Source: the human T2T-CHM13v2.0 reference genome, Homo sapiens
Assembly (NCBI RefSeq): GCF_009914755.1
Contig: NC_060927.1
DNA length: 64,000 bases
Direction: 5' to 3' (one strand)
The notes below the pieces were generated by a model. That model made no database searches. It was not told where the DNA came from and saw only the letters and a list, made by a program, of their open reading frames with translations. The first letter of the stretch is position 1, and every line of letters starts with the position of its first letter. Below are positions 31,157 through 47,893 of the stretch, piece by piece. A program made the position numbers and the translations under genes.

Positions 31157-32940
31157 ACAATGAGATCACATGGACACAGGAAGGGGAACATCACACTCTG
31201 GGGACTGTTGTGTGGTGGGGGGAGGGGGGAGGGATAGCATTGGGAGATATACCTAATGCTAGACGACAAGTTAGTGGGTGCAGCACACCAGCATGGTACA
31301 TGTATACATATGTAACTAACCTGCACAATGTGCACATGTACCCTAAAACTTAAAGTATAATAATAAAAGAAAAAAAGAAAAGAAAAAAAAAAGAATAGCT
31401 TATACAAAAATAACCCTTCTGTAGGCAATAATTATAAATAATGGAAAAAATACAGTTTAAAAAATTGAAGGCACAAGAGGCAGAATAAAGACAAGCTGAA
31501 AGTGGAAAATTTTAACCTCTTAACTCATCTATCCTGAATGAGTCCATGTTTATATGGCATTTCCCTTGATATTATGTCTTTGTCTATACAGCTTGTGGTA
31601 GCTAAAATGAAGGCAGAAATTTGTCATCTTACTAATTAAGGGTTCAGGGTACTGAGTTCAAGTTTGTCAGAACAGATAAAAATTAAGGGAAAGAGTCCTG
31701 GAAAGATACAAGCCACAGAGAAGAGAGCTCTAGTATCTGAAAAAAAAAAAAAAATACCTCAAATCCATGGCTGGCATCTTAACTGTGCATGTGTTGGGGA
31801 GACTTCAAAAATTCCAATGGAGAGCAATAGCTGATAGGTTTTAAAAAGTATATCTAGGCATAGATTTCTGCCTCAACCCGTCACATGGTAGACAGACTTT
31901 TGAGATTAAATCTTAATAAGCTACAGAATATTTGTAAACAAAACAGATTTTCCAATGAACTTCTAGAACTATTGTGTCTTAAGAGCAAAGACTGTGTTAT
32001 AGAAGAGATTTGCACCAAGAAAAAGTCCAAAGTCAAAACAAATCTACTCTTAAAGTGTATAAACCAAGCTTGTACAAGTTAAAAGTCATCAAACAGTAAT
32101 TTCATTTTTATCAATGCTTCTCAAGGGAAAATGACAGAATCCAGGGTCCTATGGCATATCTTCCAAAATCTCCAACATAGAATCAACATTGCTAGATATG
32201 TGAAGAAACAGAAAAATGTAATTGAAGGTCAGTTTAAAAAGTCAATAAAAAAAGTTAAATACTGTAAGCAGATTTTTCAAATACATTCAAGGACTTAAAG
32301 GGAAAGGTAATTATGATAATGAATGCACAGGATATGCCAGCAGATAAAGTCAACTTTGAACAAGAATCATGTGAAAAGTATAGAACTAAAAAAATACCAT
32401 TTCTAAAATAAAATTTAGAAAAACTGCATAAGATTAATAGCAGATTGTACATTGAAGAAGAAATGGCCAGTGACACTGAATACAAATTAATAGAAAGTAT
32501 CAAATACAGAGAAAAAAAGACAAAAATGCAGCATTTTGGGATAATATAAAACTAAGCATCACATGTATAGTTGGAGTTATAGAAAAGGAGGACCAAAAAA
32601 AAAAAATAGAGCAGAAAGGAATAATTGAATAAACGGTACCTAAAACTTCTCCCAATTTGGTGAAGACATCATCTTATAGATCCAAGAAGTTTGATAAACC
32701 ATATCATGTTGAGTACAAAGAAAAAATACATACAGGTCCATTATAATAAAACTACTAAAGGTCAAAGCTATTGAAAACATTTTGAAAAACACACAAAAAT
32801 GGTGTATCATATTTTGGGAAACAACAGTCAGAAATATAACCAACTTCTCATAAGGAAACTATGGAAGCCAGAAGACAGTGGAAGATATTTTTACTATTCT
32901 GATAAAAGAGAGAAAAGAAGATTTTTATACTCAGTTAAAA

Positions 32941-33600
32941 AACTTTTACACTGTTGTTGGGAGTGTAAATTAGTTAAACCATTGTGGAAGACAGTGTGGC
33001 AATTCCTCAAGCATCTAGAACCAGAAATACCATTTGAACCAGCAATCCCATTACTGGGTATACACCCAAAGGATTATAAATCATTCTACTATAAAGACAC
33101 ATGCACATATGTGTTTATTGCAGCACTATTTACAATAGCAAAGACTTGGAACCAACCCAAATGCTCATCAATGATAGACTGGATAAAGAAAATGTGGCAC
33201 ACATATACCATGGAATACTATGCAGCCATAAAAAAGAATGAGTTCATGTCCTTTGTAGGAACATGAATGAAGCTGGAAGCCATAGTTCTCAGCAAACTGA
33301 CAAAGGAATGGAAAACTAAACACTACATGTTCTCACTCATAAGTGGAAGTTGAACAATTAGAACACATGGACACAGGGAGAGGAACATCACTCACCAGGG
33401 CCTGTCGGGGGGTGGGGGGAAAGGGGAGGTAGAGCATTAGGATAAATACGTAATGCATATGGAGCTTAAAACTTAGATGATGGGTTGATAGGTGCAGCAA
33501 ACCACCATGACACATGTATACCCATGTAGCTAACCTGCATGTTCTGCACATGTATCACAGAACTTAAAGAAAAAAAAACTTTAAAAAATAAAAGTTTAAT
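32941..33600 (+). mobile_element. L1PA7/8-like 5'-truncated insertion
   Basis: [19 protein letters not shown]...DWIKKMWH; 3'UTR gcttaaaacttagatgatgggttgatagg. Confidence 0.88.
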
Positions 33601-33674
33601 AAAAACTTGTTTTCAGACATAGTGAAGGTGAGAGACTGAATCACCAGTATATCTGTATTGCAAAAGGCCAAATA

Positions 33675-33993
33675 TTTTATTTTATTATTATTATATTGAG
33701 ACAGAGTCTCACTGTGTCTCCCAGGATAGAGTGCAGTAGCACAATTACAGCTCACTGCAGCTTCGACATCCTGGGCTCAAGTGATCCTTCCATTTCTGCC
33801 TGACAAGTAGCTGGAACTCCAGGTGCATGCCACTACACACACCTACATTTTTATTTTATTTTATTTTTATTTTTGTAGATAAGGGGTTTCACCTTGTTGC
33901 CCAAGCTGGTCTTGAAGTTCTGGGCTCAAGCGATCTGCCTGCATTAGCCTCCTAAAGTTCTGGGATTACCAACATGAGCTACCATGCCTGGGT
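33675..33993 (-). mobile_element. AluJ
   Basis: Diverged antisense dimer. Confidence 0.9.
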
Positions 33994-34340
33994 CAAAGCC
34001 ATTCTCTGAGCTGAAGAAAAACTACAAAAGATAGAAACTCAGATGTGCAGGAAAGAATATAGACACCAAAAAAGGTAAATATGTGGCCTAATATTAGTTT
34101 TATTTTTTCTCATTTTATTATATTACAATTGACTTGTTTAATTTGCGAATATATATAATATTGAACTGTGGTCTTTATTTCATTAACAATATTAACTGAT
34201 TACAAAATAGAAACTTTTAAATATTTTGAATTGAACGATAATGAAAATTCAACATATTAAAATATGTGAAATTTTACTTCTGCCTACTTTTAAGAAATAG
34301 TTTGAAGTTAAGCTTAAATACCTTCCTAAGAAGAACGAAA

Positions 34341-34639
34341 TTTTTTGTTCGTTTGTTATCTTGAAAGAAGGTCTCACTCTGTAGCCCAGGCTGAAGTGCA
34401 GTGGCGTGATCATGGCTCGCTGCAGCCGCGATCTCCAGGCTCAATAGATCCTCCCACTTTTGCCTCCCCGGTAGCTGAGACTGCATGTGCACCACCAAGC
34501 CTGTAAATTTTTTGTAGATACAGGGTTCTGCCATGTTGCGCAGGCTGGTCTTAAATTCCTGGGCTTAAGTGATCTCCCCACCTTGGCCTCCAAAGTGCTG
34601 GGATTACAGGTGTATGCCTGTAATCCACTGCACCAGGCC
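34341..34639 (-). mobile_element. AluJ
   Basis: Diverged antisense dimer. Confidence 0.9.
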
Positions 34640-36556
34640 ATTTTTTTCTTTTTGTTTGTTTTTTTGGTTTTTATTAAACAATCTGTGATAAAATAGGAAA
34701 AAAAGAGTAAATAAAATTCAAAATAATAAATATCAAGATAAAACAATGAATGAGAAAATAATATATTAAAAATTAACCAAGCTGAAAATTGTTTTATTGA
34801 AAAATATTACTAAAATTGATTTTTGAAAAGCTAGCGAGATGCAACAAGATAAATGGGAGAAAATGACCGTTGCCAATATCAGGTACTACAGACCGTAAAA
34901 GTAAAATTAGGCAAATTATCAGTAAATTTATGTCTAGAAAAAAATCTACTGAGACAAAATAGAAAAATTATTTGAAGAACTTTAGTTAAGAAATTGGAAA
35001 TAGAAGAAATAGCAACTCTGATTATTCGGATACCTAATCGAAATAAATCCATATTTAAAACCTTCCTAAGAACAATGCTGCTGGCCAACCTAGCTCCAAC
35101 ATGAATTCTTTAAAATATTTAAATAGTTAACTTTTCTAATCTTAAACTCTGGCAGAGAATAGAAAAGTAGGCACTACTTCCCAATCCTTTTAGAGGACAA
35201 GAATAACTTTGACACAAAAATTTGTTAAGAAAGGCTGAAGGAAAAAATGGTGTACCAATTTATTTAATATACATAGAAGCAATTCCTGAATAAAATGTTA
35301 GCAAATAACGTTTTAAAATACATATAAAAATATTACAAAATGTTTTTTATTTCAGAAATATGAGGGAGGTTTATATTTAAAACACAATAAATACCATTTT
35401 TAATAAATTAAATGTGGAAATATAATAATGAAGAAAATTTATAGATAATATATTTATTATTCAATTCATAATTAAGATCCATAGTAATCGAGAAATAGAA
35501 CAGAAATATATTAATTTAATAAATAATGCCTTTGAAATATTATTGTAAACATCTTACTTTGCAGTGTTATAAAAAGTTGAGATAGCTAATGAGAAAATAA
35601 TGGCCCATTACCATTTTTATTTAATTTTATCCTTGAGGTAAAATTAGCAAATCTAATAAGGAAAGAATAAATGAAAATGAGAATAAAAATAAAACTATAA
35701 TTATTTGCAGAAGAAATATTTATGCTTATTTATGTAGAAAATCCAAATACATCCACAGATATAGTATCAGTTCACTACAAGGCCAATATATAAAAATAAT
35801 TTTTATTTTTATATACCAATAATAAATAATAAAAGTTTTAAAGATTATTAGTTATAGCAGCATTAAAACATCAACTACTTAGTAATACATTCAGCAAAAC
35901 TTATGTAATTCCTCTATATTGGAAAGAACAAAACATTATTAAAGGACTTCAAAGGCTTAAATGAACAATGTGATAGACCATGTCTACTAATTAGAGGACT
36001 TCATACTGTTAACATAAAAATTCTTCCATATATATATATGTGTGTGTGTATATATATATAAAATTTAATCTCTATCAGATTCTCAACAAGTATTTTTTTA
36101 AATGACAAGCTGTTTGTAAAATTAATATGAACGTGCATATAATCTTGACTAGACAAAACAATGAATACTAAAGAAGATAATCATAGCTGATAGAACACCT
36201 GAGATCAAGATTTATGAAAAAGTACATAAGGAATAAAACAGTACATGCAGTACTGGAACAAGGATATATAAAAAAAACTAATAACCCAGAATATAGACTC
36301 AAGAAACAGACTCTCACATGTACATTCACCTAATTAAAGACAAGACTGACTACAGTGAAATGAGATAGGATTTTTGAAATATATAATAGGTAATGGGTAA
36401 ATTGTATATCCACATGGAAATAAAATAACTTGAGAATTACCTCACATCACAGATAGCTCAATTCCAGATAGATTGTAGATTTAAACATAAAAGGTAATAG
36501 ATTTTAGAGGACAATTGATGAAACTATATTTATGACATTACATCGAATAAAGGTTT

Positions 36557-36697
36557 CTGTTGTTGTTGTTGTTGTTGTTGTTGTTTTTGTATTTTTGAGA
36601 CAGAGTCTCGCTCTGTCACCCAGGCTAGAGTGCAGTGGCCTGATCTCGGCTCACTGCAAGCTCCGCCTCCCGGGTTCACGCCATTCTCCTGCCTCAG
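36557..36697 (-). mobile_element. 5'-truncated AluY with (GTT)n-derived tail
   Basis: AluY diagnostic gcaagctccgcctcccgggttcacgccattctcc; tail is a GTT microsatellite. Confidence 0.9.
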
Positions 36698-37030
36698 ATT
36701 TTAATAAAATAGAACACAAAGTGCTACCAATGAAAAATTAGCAAATTAGGTGAATTAAAAATAAAGTATAAGTTTATCAAAAGACACTGTAATATGATAT
36801 CCAATTGCCAATCATGAAATACAGTGTTGCACCATAATTTGTCACCTGAGAAGAGTGAATTAAACCACAATATCAGACTGCACCAGAAGAAAGTTAAAAA
36901 TAGAAAAGCCAGCTAAAGTTCTGCAAGAGAATGAGTCAAAGGGAAACTCTTTATACACTGCATTGGGAGGTAAATTGGTATGGCGACTTTGGAAAACTTT
37001 TTTGCTCTTTCTACTAATACTCGACATAGC

Positions 37031-37227
37031 TGTCTCAGTCATAGTCTATTTGGGCTGCTACAAAAAAATACCATAAACTAGGTAGGTTATGAACAACAGA
37101 AATGTATTTCTCATTGTCCTAGAGGCTGGGAAGTCAAAGATCAAAGTGCTGGCAGATGTGATGTCTTGTTGTGAATTAAGTTTCAATATATGAAATTTGG
37201 GGGGACATAAAAATTCAGACTGTATCA
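37031..37227 (-). mobile_element. Internally deleted MLT1A/MST-type solo LTR
   Basis: gggctgctac...cagaaatgtatttctca...gaggctgggaagtcaaagatcaa joined to gggggacataaaaattcagac. Confidence 0.8.
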
Positions 37228-38614
37228 GGAACCATACCCTGTTTACCTGCAATTCTAACTCTCCAATAATCAAGAATATGTCCACCAAAAGACAAATACA
37301 AAAAAAAAAAAATAACCAAACATTGACAAAAAAAGAGAAACATACCAGAATAATCATTAGCAGTGATTTCACAATAATTTTCATTTAGAAACTTTCACAT
37401 TTCCATTGCAATAATGAATTCATACATTGTGATATATTCATAACTAGAATATTAAACAGCAATGAGAATGAATGAACTGAAACTACACACAAAAATGTGT
37501 GAATTCCCAAGTATAATGCTGAACAAAAAAGACATATGTTTGCATTTATAAAATGATTTTTTAAAAAGACATTAGAAATCAGTAGTTATTAGCCATGGGC
37601 TTGAGGTTTTATGAAGGGAAACATCATGATGAGGACTTCTGGGTTACTAGTAATATTCTATCTTTTGATCTGGATGCTGTAACATGAATATTCTATTTTG
37701 TGAAAATTTTCATAGTGCTGTGCACATGATTTGTAGTACACTTTTCTTGATATATGTTATAACGTAAAAATTCACAAAGCAAAATGATTCACAATGTAGA
37801 ATTTGTAACTGCTTTGAAATTTCAGAAGTGACAAAGACTGTTTAAATACTTATTATCCAGTATTTTCCAAGTTATTTGATTCCAATATAACACATCTTAA
37901 CATCTGACAAAACTAGTGTTTTATGAAACACTTTGGAAGGGTCATCATATCTAAGGAATTGCAATTTTTATTGTTTTAATGAGATTCAAAAACTCCTATT
38001 ATCGTTTGCACTTCAGCCACAAAATCTACTAAAATTCCCTGAATCACAATGTCTCTTTTTAAAAAGTGTTAATCATAATAACTACCTCAAAATGTTACTG
38101 AGTGAAGAATAAAAGAGACATATTATATATCCTAGTTATTTTTGTTATAAATGATGAGCCAACCAAACAGTAGCAATATAATATGTATTTCCTGAGGACT
38201 CAGTTTTGTCAAGTAAAAGAATAATAGCCTCTAAGGAAAACATATCTCTATCAAAAAATTATAAATAATATTAAATTTAATTCAATCTAGTATTTCCTTG
38301 ATATACCTATTAGAAGCGGTCGCCACTGAAGAATTGGTAATTGTATAACACTGTAGCAAAATAATCTCCTATAGCAATTTTATGTGCTTCAAGGATTACT
38401 ACTCTTAACCTGTTAACTGATACACTTATATCTAAGCATTAAGACTTAATTTCAACACTATTAATGCTGCAGATACTAGCTAGATAATTTGGAATTTTCT
38501 ATTTGATTTTCTATGACTTTGTTTAGCTGGCTCTTTCATTGTTGATATAACTTATGAAAATCTATGGTGAAGGCAATATAAAATTCAGATTCTACATTAA
38601 GAAAGTATAGAATC

Positions 38615-39623
38615 TGGCATGATTTTGCAGCGGCTGGTACCAGTTGTTCCTTTCCATATTTAGCGCTTCCTTCAGGAGCTCTTTTAGGGCAGGCCTGGTG
38701 GTGACAAAATCTCTCAGCATTTGCTTGTCTGTAAAGTATTTTATTTCTCCTTCACTTATGAAGCTTAGTTTGGCTGGATATGAAATTCTGGGTTGAAAAG
38801 TCTTTTCTTTAAGAATGTTGAATATTGGCCCCCACTCTCTTCTTGCTTGTAGGGTTTCTGCTGAGAGATCCGCTGTTAGTCTGATGGGCTTCCCTTTGAG
38901 GGTAACTTGACCTTTCTCTCTGGCTGCCCTTAACATTTTTTCCTTCATTTCAACTTTGGTGAATCTGACAATTATGTGTCTTGGAGTTGCTCTTCTCGAG
39001 GAGTATCTTTGTGGCGTTCTCTGTATTTCCTGAATCTGAACGTTGGCCTGCCTTGCTAGATTGGGGAAGTTCTCCTGGATAATATCCTGCAGCATGTTTT
39101 CCAACTTGGTTCCATTCTCCCCATCACTTTCAGGTAGACCAATCAGACGTAGATTTGGTCTTTTCACACAGTCCCATATTTCTTGGAGGCTTTGCTCATT
39201 TCTTTTTATTCTTTTTTCTCTAAACTTCCCTTCTCACTTCATTTCATTCATTTCATCTTCCATCGCTGATACCCTTTCTTCCAGTTGATCGCATCGGCTC
39301 CTGAGGCTTCTGCATTCTTCACGTAGTTCTCGAGCCTTGGTTTTCAGCTCCATCAGCTCCTTTAAGCACTTCTCTGTATTGGTTATTCTAGTTATACATT
39401 CTTCTAAATTTTTTTCAAAGTTTTCAACTTCTTTGCCTTTGGTTTGAATGTCCTCCCGTAGCTCAGAGTAATTTGATCATCTGAAGCCTTCTTCTCTCAG
39501 CTCGTCAAAGTCATTGTCCGTCCAGCTTTGTTCCGTTGCTGGTGAGGAACTGCGTTCCTTTGGAGGAGGAGAGGCGCTCTGCTTTTTAGAGTTTCCAGTT
39601 TTTCTGTTCTGTTTTTTCCCCAT
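38615..39623 (-). pseudogene. ORF1: Inverted L1 ORF1 of copy 2, disrupted
   Basis: ATG at 39623; TGA stops at 39477-39479 and 39234-39236; KRPNLRLIGLPESDGENGTKLE...; lacks the last codons. Confidence 0.94.
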
Positions 39624-39805
39624 CTTTGTGGTTTTATCTACTTTTGGTCTTTGATGATGGTGATGTACAGATGGGTTTTTGGTGTGGATGTGTTTTCTGT
39701 TTGTTAGTTTTCCTTGTAACAGACAGGACCCTCAGCTGCAGGTCTGTTGGAATACTCTGCTGTGTGAGGTGTCAGTGTGCCCCTGCTGGGGGGTGCGTCC
39801 CAGTT

Positions 39806-40179
39806 TGACTTCATCTCTATGCCATCTGGGTTCCTCAAATGGCCCTCTTCCACATACCACCATCTGAATGGCTCACACTTAATCTTTCCAACAGAAACGT
39901 CGCAGCATGCCCAGCAATTCTGACCCCTCTTCAGGGCATCGTAGCCCCCATGCCGTGGCCTGCTCCCTGCTCATGCATCCTCCATTCCAGCCTGGCTGGC
40001 CTTTGCTCTGCAATTCCAGGCCAGTCCAGCTGCTGCAGAGTGACACCTTACCCCCACTCCTGACCCCCACTCTTACCTGAAAAAGCCCATCCCCAGTGGA
40101 TGGCGACTGGAATCCCAGCACTCCTTCAGGACCCAACTCCAATGCCATTTTCTCCAACCTCCAAGGAGAGGATTAATTA
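39806..40179 (+). other. Non-L1 GC-rich segment captured at the inversion junction; resembles highly diverged L2
   Basis: No L1 similarity, ~55-58% GC; L2-like motifs ttccagcctggctggcctttgctct and ccttcaggacccaactccaatgccattttctcca. Confidence 0.75.
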
Positions 40180-40180
40180 A

Positions 40181-43990
<3,810 letters not shown>

Positions 43991-44254
43991 ACAATGAGAT
44001 CACATGGACACAGGAAGGGGAATATGACACTCTGGGGACTGTTGTTTGGTGGGGGGAGGGGGGGAGGGATAGCATTGGGAGATATACCTAATGCTAGATG
44101 ATGAGATAGTGAGTGCAGCGCAGGAGCATGGCACATGTATACATATGTAACTAACCTGCACAATGTGCACATGTACCCTAAAACTTAAAGTATAATAATA
44201 ATTTTAAAAAAAAAGAAAAAAAAAAGAAAGTGTAGAATCTGCCACTTTAGTGCC

Positions 44255-44780
44255 TATATTGACAATCTGTAACAAACTGCCCCCAAAATTTGGCAGTTTA
44301 AAACTATAAATATTTATTGTCTTACAATTTTTGACAGTCAAGTATCTATGTGAATATGGCTTAACCAATAACCCCTGGCTTCAGATATATCACGAAGTTT
44401 TTCTCAAGCATTCAGCTGTGGCTGTAATCCTCTTTCAGAGGTCCATTGCAGAAAGGAAGGTCTGCCTCCAGGTTTACTTATGTGGTTTTTGGTGGGACTT
44501 GACGTTTCACCACCTGGACCTATCTACAGGGATACCATACAACATTACAGCTGATTTTTTTCCAGGGTGAACAATACAAAAGAAAGAGTGAGAGAGATTA
44601 TGCCCAAGACAGAAACCACGGTCTTTTTATAACCTAATTTTGGAAATGACATTTTATCATCTCTATCGTATTCTATTCAATAGAAGTTAATCAATAAGTG
44701 TAGCCCACACAAGAGGGGAAGGAAATCTATGAGGGCATGGAACAGGGATCACTGGGGGCCGTATGACAGTCTGTGTACCC
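44255..44780 (-). mobile_element. MLT1 (F/H-like) MaLR LTR
   Basis: gtaacaaactgcccccaaaatttggcagtttaaaac...ttttataacctaatttt ggaaatgac. Confidence 0.65.
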
Positions 44781-44945
44781 TAGTGCTTTCCATGTCTCCT
44801 CAGGCAAGACTTGGAATAACATTTTACTAAGTCATATTGGGAAATTGTGGATGTAAAATACGAATACAAAAATTATAAATTCTTTTAAATATTATATTCA
44901 AGTTCACTGGAAAGTTTATAGAGGTGAGTAAAGATTACTACTGGT

Positions 44946-45326
<381 letters not shown>

Positions 45327-46187
45327 TTATTAAAAAGTATTCATTGAGTATAGAAGTCTCCTGGAAGCAACAGGAAGCAACATACTGAGAAGTTTGACAT
45401 TAATGCTTCTCAAAATGCTGTAAAACCTCAGAAATAATAGCATAGGCATCACAAAGATCCATGATGGATTCACTGGAGAACTCTCAGAGCAAACTTAATG
45501 GTCTCTCTTAGACTAGTAGATCATATGTAATATCATGATATCCAGAAAAAAAAAAAGTTTGACAGAGTCTCTCTTCTTTTTCATCCTCTTCTTCCTCCTG
45601 CTCTTCCTCCCGTCCTCCTGTCCTCCTCCCCTTTCTTCTTGTAAGATGTTGGAATATGCTATTAAAAATAATATTGTTGATTCCACTGTTGATTAACAAT
45701 TTACCAGTGACATTAATTACTGACAACCTATAAAACAGGTTCTAATAGAGTGACTAAAATGTTGTGTTAGCAGACATTAATATTATGATAGAAAATCCAG
45801 TCAAAAATGTGAATGAACTTGAACAATGAACCAAATCAAAAATTGATTTAATAAAAATACATATAAAATTATTTGGCTTTAAAATAGCAACTTTATTATA
45901 GGAATGTGGCTGAAAAAGTAATATGGCATTTTGGTGAGCAAATCTTGTTGCAGTGGCATGGGAACAGAAAAGTATTTGGAAAAATAACGTCATTGAACCA
46001 TAAGTCAGACACCAGGAAGCACTTCTGGAGGAAAGAGTAAAAATAGTTTAAAATCACATGCTGCAGGGTCTAAAGAAAATTGTCTTTTCTGATGTTACTG
46101 CAGAGAACCAGTAAAATTTCCATCTCCAGGAGAAAAACCATTGATGTTAAGGCTGAGTAAGAGACTGATCATGGCATTGATCTAAAA

Positions 46188-47893
46188 CAGTGTTTCTCAA
46201 ACGGTTTGCTATAAGGACTCCCTTATACTCTTAGAAATAATTGAGGATCCTTAAATGCTTTTGTATATAAGTACTATATCTATTGCTATTAAATGACACA
46301 ATCTTTTTTAATTTTCTATTTTATCTTAATATAAAAATAAGAAATGGACAAATGTTAACATAAAGAGTTTTTTTTAATAAAAAATGACTATAGTTTTCCA
46401 AACCAAAAAAATTGAGAAGATTGGAATTATTTTATAATTTTGCAAGCCTGTTTAATATTGGGATTAATAGAAGATAGTTGTTTTCTGCTGTTTTGCATTT
46501 AATCTATCACAGTGTTTTATTTTGGTTTAAACGTGAATAAAGTTCAACCTCAAATACATATTAAAATGTGAAGGGCATTTTAATAGCTTTTCACATAATT
46601 AAGGACTTTTTTTGTTACTGTACCAAAACAAGAGAAATAGTACTTTCTTAAAGTTAGTTGCAATGTGGATTCTGAAACTACAACATTGAGCTTTGTGTAC
46701 TTTATTACATTAAGATCCATTGCTCCATCTTACATTTTGAATGCACCTTTTATGCATAATTGTTCATTGGAAAAATGTAGTTTCACAGAACTATCCATAT
46801 CCCCCAACTGCTGACATACTTTACTGTTCAAGCTAAAATTTAAATCACATTCATTTTTATCACTTGATCTCATTAGTAAAGCCTCTAAGTATTGGCAAGC
46901 TATTAAGCTCATGATGATGACAATGTATTTTCCAAATTTCTAATGTTTTACTTGAAAGCTCGAATTTCATTATTAACCACAAATAGGCCTGGTGGAATGG
47001 CTCATCCCCATAATCCCAACAATTTGGGAGGCTGAGGTGGGGAAGATTGCTTGAGGCCAGGGGTTTGAGAACAGCCAGAGAAACAGTGAGACCCCTTTCT
47101 ACAAAAAATAAAATGAATTAGCCAGGTGTGGTGGCATGTGTTTATAGGCCCAGCTACTTGGGAGGCTGCAGGGAGAGCATTGTTTGAGCCCAGAAGTTCA
47201 AGGCGGCAGTGAGCTAAGATCATTCCGCTGCACTTCAACTTGAGCACAGAGCAAGACCCTGTGTCAAAAACAAATCAAAACAAAAACCCTTAAAGAATCA
47301 CACAAAAATTTATTTTTTTTGGAAAAGTAGATTCATTTAATTCATATTGAAGAAAATGTTTGTCCAATATCCAAAACTTAACAACTGTAGTTTGTCTTTT
47401 TATAGTTCTTTCAAGTGTAATGGTATTTCACAAAAAATGTGGCTGGGCCCACTCACAGTTCAAACTGCAAAATACTTTTCCTTCAGACAACCATGGTAAT
47501 TCAGGTCTGAGCAGAAGGGTTTTTATGTGTACGTTCTATTTTATCACATAAAATATTGAAAACAATTGCACCAGATGACTGATATCTAATGAAATAAGTA
47601 ATTTTTATTGCTTCATCAAAGATATTCTCAAGTGAAACTGGATTTTTTTTTAATTTCAAATTTGCTACTGTGAAGAATTCAATGATTACTGGCACAGTTA
47701 GGTTTTTTAATTCATGCTTAAGTACCCAGAGCTTTATATTTTGTTCCTTTACAACCATCAGTGTAAATGTCATCACAGTCAAAAAGGCTAATCATGTCTT
47801 AATATTACAGGAAAATTGTTCTACCTTCATGGATACCCTGGAACAGTTTTGAGGACACATTAGTGTCTGCAGACTACCCTTTGAGAAACACTA
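46188..47893. mobile_element. Charlie1a-like hAT DNA transposon with both TIRs, Alu inside
   Basis: TIRs CAGTGTTTCTCAAA (46188) and TTTGAGAAACACTA (47880); ~1.4 kb without the Alu; transposase-like remnant PVSLENIFDEAIKITYFI. Confidence 0.85.
46986..47287 (+). mobile_element. AluJ
   Basis: Diverged dimer with CAAAA tail. Confidence 0.9.

Larger units (their letters stand above)
31950..37770 (+). mobile_element. Old L1M(E)-type scaffold (ORF1, ORF2, 3'UTR remnants) with nested elements
   Basis: ORF1-like (aacttctcccaatttggtgaagacat; ctatggaagccagaagacagtgg), ORF2-like and L1ME-type 3' end motifs in order on the + strand. Confidence 0.65.

Noticed and set aside
39795-39815. Foreign insert as an exon spliced into the L1 5'UTR
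   Set aside because: The L1 part starts at AACTGGG, preceded in L1 by CCT rather than AG. The insert also retains an unused CAG|GTAAGA donor on that strand, so it looks unspliced.
39839-40157. 74-aa and 92-aa ORFs in the captured segment
   Set aside because: No recognisable domains; expected by chance in GC-rich decayed repeat sequence.
45508-45726. Acidic ORF (EEEQEEEEDEKEE)
   Set aside because: Product of a CT-rich low-complexity tract.
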